From NCBI RefSeq assembly GCF_004365815.1, contig NZ_SODD01000040.1:1-21870 (forward strand): DNA of 21,870 bases, given 5' to 3'. The notes under the pieces were generated by a model, which saw nothing but the letters and a program-made list of their open reading frames with translations, was not told the DNA's origin and ran no database searches. Source of the DNA: Breznakia blatticola. GTDB lineage: Bacteria > Bacillota_I > Bacilli_A > Erysipelotrichales > Erysipelotrichaceae. Shown in pieces: positions 1 to 10,439 of the stretch. The number at the start of each line of letters is the position of its first letter. The stretch's first letter is position 1. The position numbers were made by a program, and so were the translations under genes.

Positions 1-21
1 TATTTCATGACCATAATGTAT

Positions 22-54
22 AAAAAAAGGAATCTTGGTATGGACCAAAACTCC
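22..54 (-). terminator. Rho-independent terminator after the AI-2E transporter gene
   Basis: GGAATCTTGG (29-38) pairs with CCAAAACTCC (45-54) at 8 of 10 positions. On the minus strand the stem is followed by a T7 run (28-22). It lies about 10 nt past the stop codon at 64. Confidence 0.6.
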
Positions 55-63
55 GTATCTTAC

Positions 64-1212
64 TTATATTTCTGTATCTTCTTGGGTTGGTTTATGTGCC
101 AAACGATAATCGACAAATTGTTTTGTTAGATAGTATAATGCCGCAAAAACTGGCACTCCAATAAACATACCTACAAATCCAAATAATGCACCACCAACTG
201 TAACTGAGAATAGTACCCAGAAACTTGGAATTCCTAATTTATCTCCAAGGATTTTTGGTCCAAGGATATTTCCATCAAATTGTTGCAACACAAAGACAAA
301 GATTGCAAAATATAGTGCTTGTATTGGTTCAACTAATAGTAAGATAAATATGCCTGGGATTGCTCCAATGAACGGACCAAATACAGGAATCATATTTGTA
401 ACTCCTACAATTACACTAATAAATGGTGCATAGCTGATTCCTAACAATTCCAACCCAACATAACAAATGATCCCAATGATAAGCGAATCTAAAGCTTTAC
501 CAACAATAAAGTCATAGAAGATTCTACGTAATACTGGAAAGAAATCTTCAAAGAATGTAGATACTTTACTTGGAAAAATCGCTTGATTTAATTTTCTAAA
601 TTGTGCAATGAAGCGCTCTTTATCCATCAACATATACACACCCGCAATAATTCCAACCAGTACTTTTATAATCAGTGAAATAAATCCTAAACCAAAGTTG
701 AAGATTGTTGGGGCATAGGTTTGAATATTCTTCAATAAATCACCCAGTAAATCTTCACTTGATTCTAAAATGCTTTGCATTTCAGCTTGATCAATGTGAA
801 AGAAGTTTAATGTATCTTGCATAAATATTTCAAATGTCTTCAAATAATCATCATAATTTGCAAGTAATTGATCTAGTGAATCACGCATTTGATTTCCAAT
901 GACAAAGATTAGTAACCCAACAATAACTACACCAAAGATAACTGCAATAATCGCAGAGATATTTCGTATTGCTTTTTTAGAGAATGGTAGTTTGGCAAAT
1001 ACTTTTTCTTCTAACATCATCATGACTGGATTCATTAAAAAGGCAATTGCAAACCCAATCACAAACGGCATTAATACTTGGAATACATTATTTACCCATA
1101 CCTTCAACACTTCAAAATTGCTGAAGAAAAAGTAAATAGCTATCGCAATAAATGCAACTAGCCCACCAATGTATACGGTCTTCTTACTTCGTTCATCTAA
1201 ATTAAACTTCAT
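64..1212 (-). CDS. AI-2E family transporter (PerM/UPF0118-type permease)
   Basis: 382-aa polytopic membrane ORF. The C-terminal region (GNILGPKILGDKLGIPSFWVLFSVTVGGALFGFVGMFIGVPVFA) is typical of the AI-2E/PerM family. ATG start with a GAGGG SD 6 nt upstream. Confidence 0.85.
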   Translation of the reverse strand: MKFNLDERSKKTVYIGGLVAFIAIAIYFFFSNFEVLKVWVNNVFQVLMPFVIGFAIAFLMNPVMMMLEEKVFAKLPFSKKAIRNISAIIAVIFGVVIVGLLIFVIGNQMRDSLDQLLANYDDYLKTFEIFMQDTLNFFHIDQAEMQSILESSEDLLGDLLKNIQTYAPTIFNFGLGFISLIIKVLVGIIAGVYMLMDKERFIAQFRKLNQAIFPSKVSTFFEDFFPVLRRIFYDFIVGKALDSLIIGIICYVGLELLGISYAPFISVIVGVTNMIPVFGPFIGAIPGIFILLLVEPIQALYFAIFVFVLQQFDGNILGPKILGDKLGIPSFWVLFSVTVGGALFGFVGMFIGVPVFAALYYLTKQFVDYRLAHKPTQEDTEI

Positions 1213-1232
1213 ACATTTCCCTCACTAACACT

Positions 1233-1433
1233 TTATCGATAAATGGTTAAGCTAAATAGAAACTGTGTTGCCAAATACGAAAGTGCAAATGACAGCAATA
1301 TCAACAACAAGCGAACCTTTTGTGGATTGCTTGTAAAACATAGTTTATCAAAACGTACTGCAGTAAGTGCCCACATACTTAAAGCAAACATCACAATGTA
1401 CGCTCCAACTTCTACGATATGAATTACACTCAT
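1233..1433 (-). CDS. Small integral membrane protein, DUF1146 (YwzB-like)
   Basis: 66-aa ORF with two TM segments, resembling the DUF1146 family pattern as recalled from memory. Its ATG overlaps the upstream gene's stop as ATGA (1430-1433), which suggests translational coupling. Confidence 0.55.
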   Translation of the reverse strand: MSVIHIVEVGAYIVMFALSMWALTAVRFDKLCFTSNPQKVRLLLILLSFALSYLATQFLFSLTIYR

Positions 1434-2665
1434 GCTTCTAACTCCTTCTTATTCATTTCACTACATCCTAAAATCAAAAGGAAGAGTGTTCCTGTTTGAA
1501 CCCAGAAAACTGGAAAATCAATAATACAGAAGGCAATCGTACTAAGTAGTACCCCAGTGATTAAAGTTGCAGTACTTGCATCAATACGACGAGCAATCAT
1601 ACGAATGTATCGTTTTACTTGGCTTAGTATATATCCACCAATAAAAATCGTTCCGATTAAACCAAACGAAATAAATGGTTCAATAAACATCGAATGTGTA
1701 TGTGGTGCAGAAATTCCTAAGCGTTTTGATAAATGAGAAGATCCCCACTTATTAACATATGCATCATAGTAATTTGGATAGAAATGATAGTACGTCAATG
1801 GCCCTTTTCCAAATATCCATGTATCTTTCACCATCAATGATGCGGTTTGCCAAATGTGCAAGCGTCTACCAATACTCAACCCTTGTGAAGCAATACGAGG
1901 TAGTAATCCAGGTTTTAATGCAAGAAGGCCTAACGCCGCACCTATTCCCGCAATACTTACAATAAATGTTTTGTACCATTTTGCCACCAACAACATTCCT
2001 AGAAGTGCAATCGCTAAACATAACCAAGCAATTCTACCTCCAGTTAAGAAAATACCAAATAAGTTGATCACTCCAGCAATCACATAGAATATTCTTCTTG
2101 ATGTTGGTCTTGTAAACATAAATTGATGTACACAAAATGTACTTGAAAACACTAACATCATGGCATAATAATTCGCATTAAAGAAGAATGTATGAACACG
2201 ATGTTCTGGTTTATTTTGGATATCAAAAAAGCCATGCATAGCATCTACATTATTCATATAGTAAATATTTTCACCAATTGCATACACCACACTAATAATA
2301 CTTAGCACAATCATAACGTTAATTACAATTTCAAGTAAGCTACGATGTATATATTTTCGAAAATACACAACATTAATAAATATCGCTCCCATTCCTACAC
2401 TTAATAGTGCTCCTAAATAGTTTTGGAATAGTAAGGATACAACAAAAAGATAAATAGCAAACATGAATAATAAATTTGCTCGTTTTACACTTTTCATGAT
2501 CACTGGCATTTTCTTTCTTACCAATACATAAATCGCGATTCCAATAACTGTGGCAATCGTTACTACATAAGGTAAAAATAAGGAAGCACACATGATTACA
2601 ATCAATTTGTCTTCCAATGTATAAATATGTCTAAAGTCGTATAAAAAACTTCGTATATGTCCCAT
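1430..2665 (-). CDS. O-antigen ligase / Wzy_C-family polytopic membrane protein
   Basis: 411-aa ORF with about 10-12 TM helices. It has a central GGRIAWLCLAIALLGMLL segment and a large loop typical of O-antigen ligase-like (Wzy_C) proteins. ATG start with a GAGGT SD 7 nt upstream. Confidence 0.7.
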   Translation of the reverse strand: MGHIRSFLYDFRHIYTLEDKLIVIMCASLFLPYVVTIATVIGIAIYVLVRKKMPVIMKSVKRANLLFMFAIYLFVVSLLFQNYLGALLSVGMGAIFINVVYFRKYIHRSLLEIVINVMIVLSIISVVYAIGENIYYMNNVDAMHGFFDIQNKPEHRVHTFFFNANYYAMMLVFSSTFCVHQFMFTRPTSRRIFYVIAGVINLFGIFLTGGRIAWLCLAIALLGMLLVAKWYKTFIVSIAGIGAALGLLALKPGLLPRIASQGLSIGRRLHIWQTASLMVKDTWIFGKGPLTYYHFYPNYYDAYVNKWGSSHLSKRLGISAPHTHSMFIEPFISFGLIGTIFIGGYILSQVKRYIRMIARRIDASTATLITGVLLSTIAFCIIDFPVFWVQTGTLFLLILGCSEMNKKELEA

Positions 2666-2686
2666 AGGTCTAACCTCGCATATAGA

Positions 2687-2714
2687 ATTATACCATAGCC
2701 AAATTGAAAGACAA
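2687..2714 (-). promoter_or_regulatory. Sigma-A type promoter for the Wzy-like/DUF1146/AI-2E operon
   Basis: Minus strand: TTGTCT (2714-2709), 16-nt spacer ending in TGg, TATAAT (2692-2687). This is an extended -10. Confidence 0.55.
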
Positions 2715-2791
2715 ACTAGCGATGGCTTTATTCACATTACAATATTGAAAGAATACAAGTGAAATTACATACAAAAGTAAACACACCAACA

Positions 2792-2820
2792 AAAAAACAC
2801 CATACATTTTTAATGTACAG
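2792..2820 (-). terminator. Rho-independent terminator ending the uvrB-MFS-small ORF transcription unit
   Basis: Minus strand: CTGTACATT-AAA-AATGTATGG (9 bp including G-U pairs, 2820-2800), followed by TGTTTTTTTG. Confidence 0.55.
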
Positions 2821-2893
2821 CGTTAACTTTTGAATATCTTCTTAGTCTACATAATTTGTCTATGAAAACTTATACGTCCTACACTAAAATACT

Positions 2894-3106
2894 TTAATAC
2901 TTCTTCTTGATGATGAAGCAACTTGTGATTAATCCAACTAGAATAATCAAATAAATAGTCGCTGGCATCACTAAGTAAATAAGTAGATCTTCCGATTCAA
3001 TATCCATATAGAAATCATAACTCAAATAGAATTGCATCAATGCAGCAAACAGTACAAATCCGATCGCCACTTTTATTACTAATAATATAGTTTTTTTATT
3101 TTTCAT
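2894..3106 (-). CDS. Hypothetical small membrane protein (2 TM)
   Basis: 70-aa ORF with two hydrophobic helices and a lysine-rich C-terminus. A GAGGGG SD lies just upstream of the ATG. It starts 29 nt downstream of the MFS gene. I recognised no family. Confidence 0.45.
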   Translation of the reverse strand: MKNKKTILLVIKVAIGFVLFAALMQFYLSYDFYMDIESEDLLIYLVMPATIYLIILVGLITSCFIIKKKY

Positions 3107-3135
3107 GTTCCCCTCATTCTATCAAACACAGTTTT

Positions 3136-4332
3136 TTATGATTTGAATTTTAGTACTCTTTTAATTACCAAAATAAAAATCAAGCAAGCAGATAATCCAA
3201 AGGAGATACTACTTGATAAGAAGGATAATTTTGGTCCAATCGTGTAAATTGCTCCTGCATACACACCACCAATAACCATTCCCATAGACTTCATTGAATT
3301 ATAAAATCCCATAACTTCTCCACTATGTGCCTCATCTGCGTGTTTTGCACACAAGTCTTGAATTAGTGGAATATAAATCGCATTAGCTCCAAAGAATAAA
3401 ATATTGAAGAACGCAAATGGAATAACATCTACACTCATATACACCCCAAAGAGTAGTAATGCCGCAATCATACAAACTACTACAAACGATTTTGCCACAT
3501 TGGTATGACGCATAATCCATAAAGAAATTGTTGTATTAGCAAGTAAGGATATTAGACCCACTACCGCTTTCATGATTCCGTTATAACTTGAGTTAAAATT
3601 GAATACATCTTTAAGATAGTAGTTCAAACTCTGATCATATGTTGTTGTTGCTAATGACGTTAAAAATACGACGATAAACAACACAACAAAACCAACATTC
3701 ATAAACTTACGCGCATTGAAGAATGCACGAAATGGATTTGCTTCTTTAGAAAATGAGAATTTTTCAGTTTGGATTTCTTTATCCTCTTCTAAAATAAAAT
3801 AGAACAAGATTCCACTGGCTACAAGTGTGACAACTTGCAACATGAATGTAAACTCAGTCGATATCAATCCACTAAATCCACCAATCATAAAACCAAATGC
3901 ACCAAACACAGTTTGTATTGTTGCATTGAGTGCTAAAAACTTCCCACGATTTTCATAGTCTGCTTTATGAATGATATACGTTAATTGACTTACGAAGATT
4001 CCACCAACAAAGAACCCACTAACCATTCGTGCAATCATAATAAGAATTGGTGTTTTAAATACCATAAATAGGAATTGACCAAGTCCATATCCGCAACAAC
4101 AAATTAGTAATGTCTTTTTACTACCAAGGCGTTTGCCTAGGGTTGCCCACATTGGTGAAAACAGAAAGTTTGTAAATGACATCCCAGCATACACAAAGCC
4201 AAACATATAGTCTGGCATGTGTAAATTTTTTAATAATGTAGGGGTGATTGGATGGGCAAAGTTTGCCGCCATAATCTCAATAGCAACAACGACTAAAAAT
4301 AAATACATTCTACGATTTTGTTGCTTACTCAT
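3136..4332 (-). CDS. MFS transporter
   Basis: 12-TM protein with MFS-like loop motifs (e.g. [14 protein letters not shown] between TM2 and TM3). I prefer the ATG at 4332 (MSKQQNRR...) over the track start at 4371. It has a GGAG SD 9 nt upstream and overlaps the uvrB stop as ATGAGTAA. Confidence 0.85.
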   Translation of the reverse strand: MSKQQNRRMYLFLVVVAIEIMAANFAHPITPTLLKNLHMPDYMFGFVYAGMSFTNFLFSPMWATLGKRLGSKKTLLICCCGYGLGQFLFMVFKTPILIMIARMVSGFFVGGIFVSQLTYIIHKADYENRGKFLALNATIQTVFGAFGFMIGGFSGLISTEFTFMLQVVTLVASGILFYFILEEDKEIQTEKFSFSKEANPFRAFFNARKFMNVGFVVLFIVVFLTSLATTTYDQSLNYYLKDVFNFNSSYNGIMKAVVGLISLLANTTISLWIMRHTNVAKSFVVVCMIAALLLFGVYMSVDVIPFAFFNILFFGANAIYIPLIQDLCAKHADEAHSGEVMGFYNSMKSMGMVIGGVYAGAIYTIGPKLSFLSSSISFGLSACLIFILVIKRVLKFKS

Positions 4333-6301
4333 TACGTAACTCCAATAGTATATCTCTAAGTTCTGCTGCACGTTCGAAATCTAGAACTTTTGCGGCATCT
4401 TTCATTTCTTTCTCAATATTCTTAATCATCTTATCTTTATCTTTTTTCGACAATTTCTTATCTTTATTCATGTATTTTTTTGCCATCTCTTTTGTTTCTA
4501 CAGAGTGCAATGCTTCATGAATCGGTTTAATAATTGTTTTTGGTGTAATTCCATGTTCTTTATTGTATGCTTCTTGAATCGCACGACGACGACTGGTTTC
4601 ATCGATTGCATATTGCATACTATCCGTCATTTTGTCTGCATACATAATGACACGTCCATGTTCATTACGAGCTGCACGTCCAATAATTTGGACAAGTGAA
4701 CGTTTGCTTCGCAAGAATCCTTCTTTGTCTGCATCAAGAATACAGATCAAACTAACTTCAGGAATATCTAACCCTTCTCGCAACAAGTTAATCCCAACAA
4801 GTACATCATATTTACCTTGTCGTAGTTCACGAATGATTTCTGTACGTTCAATGGTAGTGACTTCGTGGTGTAACCAAGCAACTTTGAAATCGAGTTGTTT
4901 TAGATGGGCAGTTAATTCTTCTGCCATACGTACCGTTAACGTAGTAATCAAAGTTCTTTCACCACGTTCAATTTGACTGTTGATTTCATCCACAATATCA
5001 TCAATTTGTCCCATTGTTTTACGGATCTCCACATTTGGATCTAAGAGTCCGGTTGGACGAATGATTTGTTCGACAATTTTTCCATCCGTTTTTTCAAGTT
5101 CATAATCACCAGGTGTCGCACTTACATAGATTGCTTGATTGACTTTTCCTTCAAACTCTTCAAATCGTAATGGACGGTTATCTAGTGCACTTGGTAGACG
5201 GAATCCATAATCTACAAGGGTTGTTTTTCTAGCACGGTCACCATTAAACATTCCGCGGATTTGCGGTAAACTTACGTGACTTTCATCCACAACAATTAAA
5301 AAATCATCTGGGAAATAATCAAATAAGGTATATGGCATTTGTCCTGGAGCACGTCCATCAATATGACGTGAATAGTTTTCAATACCTGGACAAACTCCAA
5401 ATTCACGAAGTGCTTCTACATCATATGAACAACGTTGTTCCAAACGTTGTGCTTCTAGTAATTTATCATCCGCACGGAAGAATTCTAAACGATCTTCCAA
5501 CTCTTTTTCAATACCTACACAAGCACGTTCAATTTGTTCTTTCGGTGTGGCATATCCACTGGCTGGATAAATATTATATAGTTGATATCCTTGGTGTACT
5601 TTTCCAGTTAATGGATCGACTTCTACAATACGTTCCACAATATCATCAAACAATTCAATACGTAAAATGTAATCATCTGTATATCCCAGTCCAATTTCAA
5701 TACTATCTCCACGTACACGGAAAGTACCTTTTTTAAGGTCCATATCGTTACGCACATATTGACGAGCAACAAGATTTCCAATTAATTCTTTACGATCAAT
5801 TTGTTCATTCACTCGAATGTTCATAAACATTCCACGATAAATGGATGGATCACTACTACCATAGATACAAGCTACCGAAGCAACAATAATCGTATCGCGA
5901 CGTTCCAATACACTATTTACTGCAGACATACGAAGCATCTCAAGTTCTTCATTTTGCTTCGTTGTTTTATCAATATATGTATCACTTGTTGGAATGTAGG
6001 CTTCTGGTTGATAGTAATCGAAATTTGATACGAAATATTCCACTCGATTATGTGGGAAGAATTCTTTAAACTCCGTATACAATTGTCCAGCAAGTGTTTT
6101 GTTGTGGACAAACACCAATGTTGGTTTATTTACCTTCGCAATTACATTCGATACAGTAAAGGTCTTACCAGTACCTGTTGCCCCTAGTAAGACTTGTTCT
6201 TTTTTATTATCAAGGATTCCTTGCGTCAACTCTTCGATTGCGTGAATTTGGTCTCCTTGTGGTTGGAATTCACTTACCAACTGAAACAATTGTTCTTCCA
6301 T
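4325..6301 (-). CDS. uvrB: Excinuclease ABC subunit B
   Basis: 658 aa. Walker [14 protein letters not shown] box ([11 protein letters not shown]), helicase motifs, and a C-terminal UVR domain ([17 protein letters not shown]). Confidence 0.97.
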   Translation of the reverse strand: MEEQLFQLVSEFQPQGDQIHAIEELTQGILDNKKEQVLLGATGTGKTFTVSNVIAKVNKPTLVFVHNKTLAGQLYTEFKEFFPHNRVEYFVSNFDYYQPEAYIPTSDTYIDKTTKQNEELEMLRMSAVNSVLERRDTIIVASVACIYGSSDPSIYRGMFMNIRVNEQIDRKELIGNLVARQYVRNDMDLKKGTFRVRGDSIEIGLGYTDDYILRIELFDDIVERIVEVDPLTGKVHQGYQLYNIYPASGYATPKEQIERACVGIEKELEDRLEFFRADDKLLEAQRLEQRCSYDVEALREFGVCPGIENYSRHIDGRAPGQMPYTLFDYFPDDFLIVVDESHVSLPQIRGMFNGDRARKTTLVDYGFRLPSALDNRPLRFEEFEGKVNQAIYVSATPGDYELEKTDGKIVEQIIRPTGLLDPNVEIRKTMGQIDDIVDEINSQIERGERTLITTLTVRMAEELTAHLKQLDFKVAWLHHEVTTIERTEIIRELRQGKYDVLVGINLLREGLDIPEVSLICILDADKEGFLRSKRSLVQIIGRAARNEHGRVIMYADKMTDSMQYAIDETSRRRAIQEAYNKEHGITPKTIIKPIHEALHSVETKEMAKKYMNKDKKLSKKDKDKMIKNIEKEMKDAAKVLDFERAAELRDILLELRNE

Positions 6302-6324
6302 AGCATCCTCCCTTTGTATGCATC

Positions 6325-6353
6325 ATTCTACCATAGAAGGCCTACTTTGTATA
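6325..6353 (-). promoter_or_regulatory. Sigma-A type promoter for uvrB
   Basis: Minus strand: TATACA (6353-6348), 17-nt spacer ending in TGg, TAGAAT (6330-6325). A strong SD (AAAGGGAGG) lies before the ATG. Confidence 0.5.
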
Positions 6354-6389
6354 GAAATCCAACCTCCTACTTTTTATGTAGTATATAAC

Positions 6390-6415
6390 GTAAAAACCTG
6401 GATTTCTCCAGGTTT
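6390..6415 (-). terminator. Rho-independent terminator after the S41 protease gene
   Basis: AAACCTGGA (6394-6402) pairs with TCCAGGTTT (6407-6415), loop TTTC. On the minus strand the stem runs into TTTTT. Confidence 0.75.
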
Positions 6416-6423
6416 CATCTTTA

Positions 6424-7914
6424 CTATTTTACGACTTCAATCGCTTTTAATAATTGTACATCCAATGTTGCTTTTTCATCATGCCATTTACGTGCACACG
6501 CTGAATTTAAAGCAGTTAAAATATCATCATTGATCGTTTCACTGATTTCAAGTTGGTTGTCTTTTTCAAATTGTTTTAATACATCTGCTGTTTTTTGTGA
6601 ATAGTATCCATCCTGGCGATCTACATCATAGCCTAAGAAATCCAAATAGATTTGTGCATCTTGAATCCCTGCACCAACAGAGTCTACTTTATATGCAGTC
6701 GTATCTGCACTAGGTGCAAAGGTTAATGCTGTTGGTAAATTGACTTCTTCATCTGGTTTCAATCCAACTTTGTTAATTTTCTCTTTGCTTGGAGTTAGCC
6801 ATTCCGCAACTGTAAATTTAAAGATACTTCCATCATTGAAATCAATGGATTGTTGGACTGTACCCTTTCCATAACTTTTTGTTCCTACTAAGGTTGCATC
6901 CAAGTGTTCTTGGAAAGCAGCAGCTAATAATTCTGAAGCACTTGCTGTATTTGCGTTCATTAAGATCGCATAATGATCAAATGTATACTCATCTTCAACA
7001 TTACTTGATTCATAAGATGTTAAATTTCCATTTTTATCTTCTTGGTAAATAACAGTTTTTCCTGAACCCATAAAGATTCCGGCGATATCCAATGCAGTTT
7101 GCACATAACCACCACCATTATTACGTAAATCAAGCACAATACTTTTTACGTTTTGTTCCTTAAATGATTTTGCATATGCAGCTACTTCATCCGCTGTGTT
7201 ATCTGAAAATGAAGATAATTCAATAATACCTACACCATCTCTGACATACCCATAGGCAGTAATGGAAATGGTTGCACGTGTCAACTCTACTGTTTTCACT
7301 TCAGAACCACGTTTGATTTCAACACGTACTTTTGTGCCTTCTTCTCCCATGATCATTTCTTTAATCTTATCGATATCCACATCTGTAATATCAACTCCAT
7401 CGATTTTAGTAATGATATCTCCTTGAATTAATCCACCCTTTTCAGCTGGTGAATCTTTATATACTTTATCTACTAAAATGGTATCATTTTGTCGGTAATA
7501 CTGAATTCCTATTCCTGTTAAGGATCCACTTAATGAAGTCATTAAACTCTCTGCTTCTTCAGCATTTAAATATTGTGTATGTGGATCTGCTTCATTGTAG
7601 TTTGCTAATCCAAAGATACTCTGATCCAGCAAGTATTCACTAATATCTTTTTCATCCTTACCAAAGTACCACTCATTTTGCATGATTTCGTAAATTTCGT
7701 TGAATTTTCTAGATTCACTTTCCAATGATCCATTATTGTTGTTGATCATTGGTGTTGCACTTGTCACATGATTAAATAGGTATCCCCCTAAGAAAAATAC
7801 AATGCATAGTGCAACAGTTAGAATTTGCTTTCTTCGTTTTTTACGTAGTTCTTCTAATTCATCAGGCCATACATGCTTTTCAACCTTGATTTTACGTGTA
7901 TTGTTTTCGTCCAT
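6424..7914 (-). CDS. S41 family C-terminal processing peptidase (Ctp-like) with PDZ and peptidoglycan-binding domains
   Basis: 496 aa. N-terminal TM anchor, PDZ segment (SPAEKGGLIQGDIITKIDG), S41 core (NGGGY, TASASELLAAAFQ, GTKSYGKGTVQ). The C-terminus has a PG_binding_1-like repeat (YLDFLGYDVDRQDGYYSQKTADVLKQFEKDNQL). Confidence 0.9.
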   Translation of the reverse strand: MDENNTRKIKVEKHVWPDELEELRKKRRKQILTVALCIVFFLGGYLFNHVTSATPMINNNNGSLESESRKFNEIYEIMQNEWYFGKDEKDISEYLLDQSIFGLANYNEADPHTQYLNAEEAESLMTSLSGSLTGIGIQYYRQNDTILVDKVYKDSPAEKGGLIQGDIITKIDGVDITDVDIDKIKEMIMGEEGTKVRVEIKRGSEVKTVELTRATISITAYGYVRDGVGIIELSSFSDNTADEVAAYAKSFKEQNVKSIVLDLRNNGGGYVQTALDIAGIFMGSGKTVIYQEDKNGNLTSYESSNVEDEYTFDHYAILMNANTASASELLAAAFQEHLDATLVGTKSYGKGTVQQSIDFNDGSIFKFTVAEWLTPSKEKINKVGLKPDEEVNLPTALTFAPSADTTAYKVDSVGAGIQDAQIYLDFLGYDVDRQDGYYSQKTADVLKQFEKDNQLEISETINDDILTALNSACARKWHDEKATLDVQLLKAIEVVK

Positions 7915-7980
7915 AATCTTTCCTCGCTCAATAATTTTACCACATCAAGAACCATAAACAAATGAAATCCATGTGAACGA

Positions 7981-8010
7981 AAGAAAACCTTCAAACATCG
8001 TCTGAAGGTT
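7981..8010 (-). terminator. Rho-independent terminator after the PPIase gene
   Basis: AACCTTCA (7986-7993) pairs with TGAAGGTT (8003-8010). On the minus strand it is followed by TTCTTTCGTT. It lies 7 nt past the stop codon. Confidence 0.7.
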
Positions 8011-8016
8011 ACCCTG

Positions 8017-8757
8017 TTATTTTATATCTTTATATGTGCAAACTTCGATGCGCACAATATGAATATCTTTTCCTGGCGTTCCATTTTGGTCAGCTTGTAG
8101 TGAAGCCATTTCATCTACAACATCCATACCATTAACAACCATTCCAAATACTGTATGCACACCATCTAACCAAGGGGTTCCACCTAGACTTTGATATGCA
8201 TCTTTGATGTTGTCATAGTTTGCATTTGAGTTATCATAGCTTTGGCTAAATCCATTACTTGAAGTTGCTTGTACGATAAAGAATTGTGAACCATTCGTAT
8301 TTGGTCCACCATTGGCCATTGATAATGCACCACGTACATTGATTAAGTGACTTGAAAATTCATCTTCAAAGCTGTTACCCCAAATACTTTCTCCACCATG
8401 TCCAGTTCCTTCTGGATCTCCACCTTGTACCATAAAATCTTGGATAACACGGTGGAAAGATACATTATTGTAGTATCCTTCTTTTGCATGCGTGATAAAG
8501 TTTTCTACCGCTTTTGGTGCTTCTTTTTCAAATAAGACAAGATCAATTTCTTTTTCTACACCATCAATTGAGACAAACATCTTAACTGCAGGCATATCAT
8601 CTGTATATTTCTTACTTACTTGAATTAACTCTTCACTTCTTTTTTCTTTTTTTTCTTCCTTTGTATCTTGCACATTACTTTCATCTTCTGTTTTTTCACC
8701 AGAACATGCAACTAGCATCCCAATCATACAAAACGACAATATTAATTTCTTTAACAC
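8017..8757 (-). CDS. Cyclophilin-type peptidyl-prolyl cis-trans isomerase, lipoprotein
   Basis: Cyclophilin signatures are present (FHRVIQDFMVQGGDP, GALSMANGGPNTNGSQFFI). Signal peptide with lipobox LVAC. The track start at 8778 is a TTG inside glyA. I prefer the GTG at 8757 (VLKKLILSF...), which has a GAGGAG SD 9 nt upstream, just after the glyA stop. Confidence 0.88.
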   Translation of the reverse strand: MLKKLILSFCMIGMLVACSGEKTEDESNVQDTKEEKKEKRSEELIQVSKKYTDDMPAVKMFVSIDGVEKEIDLVLFEKEAPKAVENFITHAKEGYYNNVSFHRVIQDFMVQGGDPEGTGHGGESIWGNSFEDEFSSHLINVRGALSMANGGPNTNGSQFFIVQATSSNGFSQSYDNSNANYDNIKDAYQSLGGTPWLDGVHTVFGMVVNGMDVVDEMASLQADQNGTPGKDIHIVRIEVCTYKDIK

Positions 8758-8761
8758 GATT

Positions 8762-9991
8762 TTATGCTCCTCTAACAATTGGATAGTTAACTGTTAACGC
8801 ACGAACTTCTTCTTTGATTTTTGCAAGTTCTGCTTCATCATCGATGTTTTTAAGTGCGCGTGCAATCCAACGTCCAACTTGTTCAAATTCTTTTTCTTTA
8901 AATCCACGAGTTGTCATCGCCGGTGTCCCTAAACGAATTCCACTTGTCGTGAATGGTTTTTCCTCATCAAAAGGAATGGCATTTTTATTACATGTAATTC
9001 CTGCTTTATCTAATGCTTTTTCACATGCTTTTCCCGTAAGGCCAAATGACTTTTTCACATCGACTAATAATAAGTGATTATCTGAACCACCAGCAACTAA
9101 ACGGAATCCTTCTTCTGTTAATACAGCTGCTAAGGCTTTGATGTTTTTGATTACTTGTTCTTGGTAAGTTTTAAATTCTGGTTGTAATGCTTCATAGAAA
9201 CATACTGCTTTTGCGGCAATGACATGCATTAATGGACCACCTTGCATTCCTGGGAATACCGAACGGTCTAAATCTTTCGCGAATTTTTCTTTGCACATTA
9301 CTACTCCACCACGAGGTCCACGTAAGGTTTTGTGAGTTGTTGTTGTCACAAAGTCTGCATATGGAACTGGATTTGGATGTAATCCTGCAGCAACTAAACC
9401 TGCAATGTGTGCCATATCTACCATGAAGTAACATCCAACTTCATCACAAATCTCTTTGATTCGGGCAAAATCGATAATTTTACTATAAGCGCTTGCTCCA
9501 GCAACTAATAGTTTTGGTTTTTCTGCTAAAGCAATTTCACGCAGTTGATCATAATCGATTTCTTCTGTTTCTTTATCTACTCCATAACTAACAAAGTTAT
9601 ATAGCAACCCTGAAAAGTTTAATGGGTGTCCATGCGTAAGATGCCCACCTGCTGCTAAATCCATACCAAGCACTTTATCTCCTGGTTGTAATACCGTTAA
9701 GTATACTGCCATGTTTGCTTGACTACCAGAGTGTGGTTGTACGTTTGCATGTTCTGCTCCGTATAGTTTTTTAAGACGTTCGCGCGCTAAGTCTTCAACA
9801 ACATCCACGTATTCACATCCACCGTAGTAGCGTTTTCCTGGATATCCTTCTGCATATTTGTTTGTTAGTACAGACCCTGCTGCATCAAGTACATCTTGAC
9901 TTACATAGTTTTCTGAAGCAATTAATTCAATGTTGTATAATTGGCGATCTGCTTCTTTTTGAATCGCATCAAATATTTCTTTATCTTTCAT
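8762..9991 (-). CDS. glyA: Serine hydroxymethyltransferase
   Basis: 409 aa. PLP-lysine motif [14 protein letters not shown], with conserved SHMT sequence end to end. Confidence 0.97.
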   Translation of the reverse strand: MKDKEIFDAIQKEADRQLYNIELIASENYVSQDVLDAAGSVLTNKYAEGYPGKRYYGGCEYVDVVEDLARERLKKLYGAEHANVQPHSGSQANMAVYLTVLQPGDKVLGMDLAAGGHLTHGHPLNFSGLLYNFVSYGVDKETEEIDYDQLREIALAEKPKLLVAGASAYSKIIDFARIKEICDEVGCYFMVDMAHIAGLVAAGLHPNPVPYADFVTTTTHKTLRGPRGGVVMCKEKFAKDLDRSVFPGMQGGPLMHVIAAKAVCFYEALQPEFKTYQEQVIKNIKALAAVLTEEGFRLVAGGSDNHLLLVDVKKSFGLTGKACEKALDKAGITCNKNAIPFDEEKPFTTSGIRLGTPAMTTRGFKEKEFEQVGRWIARALKNIDDEAELAKIKEEVRALTVNYPIVRGA

Positions 9992-10439
9992 CTAATTCTT
10001 TCTCCTCTATGACACATACTTTATCAATTCGTCTTTGGTGTTTTTCTTCTTTTGAAAACTCTGTTTCTAACCAAATACGTACAATTTCTTTCATTACAAG
10101 TTCACCAATGACACCTTGTCCCAAGGCAAGTACATTGGAATCGTTGTGTTCTCTTGTGAGTTTTGCAGTCACGATATCACTAACTAATGCACAGCGTACA
10201 CCAACAACTTTATTAGCTGTAATACTTGCACCAATTCCTGTTGTACATAGTACAATCCCACGATCATTACTTCCTTTAGCGACCGATTTAGCGGCAGGAT
10301 ATACCGTGTCTGGATAATCCATGGAGGATATATCATGTGTCCCAAAGTCTTCAACTTCATGTCCCAATTCTTGTACATACGTTTTTACAATCTCTTTGTA
10401 ATCATAAGCTCCATGATCACATGCTAATGCAATTTTCAT
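9981..10439 (-). CDS. rpiB: Ribose-5-phosphate isomerase B
   Basis: 152 aa. [15 protein letters not shown] and [13 protein letters not shown] are typical of the RpiB/LacAB family. ATGA overlap with the tsaC stop, and an 11-nt overlap with the glyA start. Confidence 0.93.
   Translation of the reverse strand: MKIALACDHGAYDYKEIVKTYVQELGHEVEDFGTHDISSMDYPDTVYPAAKSVAKGSNDRGIVLCTTGIGASITANKVVGVRCALVSDIVTAKLTREHNDSNVLALGQGVIGELVMKEIVRIWLETEFSKEEKHQRRIDKVCVIEEKELDER

Noticed and set aside
4505-6111. Antisense and shadow ORFs within uvrB (4505-4699, 4632-4976, 5332-5736, 5801-6028 on plus; 5917-6111 on minus)
   Set aside because: They lie opposite or out of frame to a strongly conserved gene, and their low-complexity composition is typical of shadow frames.
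6302-6390. LexA/Cheo box upstream of uvrB
   Set aside because: I saw no GAAC-N4-GTTC or close variant in the promoter region.
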